Shown here one piece after another: positions 63,287 through 64,000 of a stretch of DNA of 64,000 nt. The position numbers and the translations under genes are program-made. Where the stretch lies: NCBI GenBank assembly GCA_000708835.1, contig DF237141.1, positions 1 to 64,000 on the forward strand, in the 5' to 3' direction. The notes beneath the pieces are model-generated. The model was not told the DNA's origin, made no database searches, and saw nothing but the letters and a program-made list of their open reading frames with translations. Within the stretch, counting starts at the first letter, position 1. Every line of letters begins with the position of its first letter. Source of the DNA: Klebsormidium nitens (taxonomy: Eukaryota > Plantae > Klebsormidiophyceae).

Positions 63287-64000
63287 CTGCAGACAGTAGT
63301 ATCGATTCTAGGTTGAGGTCAAGCCGTGCTCGGAGAACGGGTGGGGTTATTTAAAATTTCAGCGTGGAAAGGAATGCGGAACGGATAAAGTTTGTCGATT
63401 ATAATCCATTGCTTCCTCCCGAGTCCCCTTACATATCTCAACCGGTCCAGATCAACCCCAGAATGAGACTCATCCTGCAGAGGGGATGCGTCAAGAGAAA
63501 ACGTTTCGTGCTCAATTGGATCAGTTGCTTCGCATATTATGTTTTATCACATTATGAAGCACAACAGAATCACGATTGGATGCAAGATACCACAGCGTAA
63601 GTTCGAAAATCGGTTTCCATCAAACGTCGACCCACTCCCACACGAAGGTTTGAGCGAGTGCAACATGACTTGGGAAGCAGTGGGAAGGTGCCCACTAGTA
63701 GTCATTAAGTCTGATTGAACAAGCAGAGGGCCGCGAGAGTTCAGTCAGCTTTCACATGTTCTGATGGGTGCAAACTTTTCTGTAAGCAGGATCGCGGGTG
63801 CGACTATTGGCAATAAGCTGCCACAAAAGAAGACTGAATGATGGCAGGAGTTCTTATTCATATGTACGCGGACTACAAAAGCACGGCAGAAAAGCGCGGA
63901 CGGTCGGAGGTCATTCCGAACAAAGAAGAGACGAAAAGAGACCAGAGAAATGCAAGGATCATATTGTTATTAAGAAGCCAAATCATCCAAAGTGATTGTC

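Noticed and set aside
63364-64000. Upstream exons of the large disordered gene
   Set aside because: The candidate exon near 63480-63438 has an incompatible phase; the 5' structure cannot be resolved in this window.

Overview
Intron-containing eukaryotic nuclear DNA (GT-AG introns). The plant-type genes fit a streptophyte green alga such as Klebsormidium; this is an inference from gene content, not a database result. About 15 gene models were assembled by hand from the ORF track and splice sites. Left to right: (1) a head-to-head pair of PARP14/15/12-type mono-ADP-ribosyltransferase genes with a KH-like N-terminus, one carrying an in-frame TAA; (2) a 13-exon, ~2,545-aa alpha/beta-hydrolase + CAAX-protease (CPBP) fusion gene of the At2g03140 type, with a 1-nt homopolymer frameshift; (3) a sterol-desaturase/fatty-acid-hydroxylase family gene; (4) organellar peptide deformylase PDF1B and guanylate kinase; (5) a YY1-like C2H2 gene; (6) an At1g01500-like gene; (7) a ~92-aa membrane microprotein; (8) an intronless Cys-rich orphan; (9) a 12-kb cluster of five intronless paralogues of a signal-peptide, multi-pass membrane protein family I do not recognise (3 intact, 1 frameshifted, 1 decayed); (10) part of a large low-complexity gene. 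The strongest candidates for an undescribed system are the membrane-protein cluster and the PARP pair. The cluster has a CGCGGCCGCG palindrome upstream of every copy and two tRNA-shaped elements in its duplicated unit. A GCTGACGTCAGC-type palindrome is strongly over-represented across the window. No CRISPR, rRNA or intact transposon was seen.
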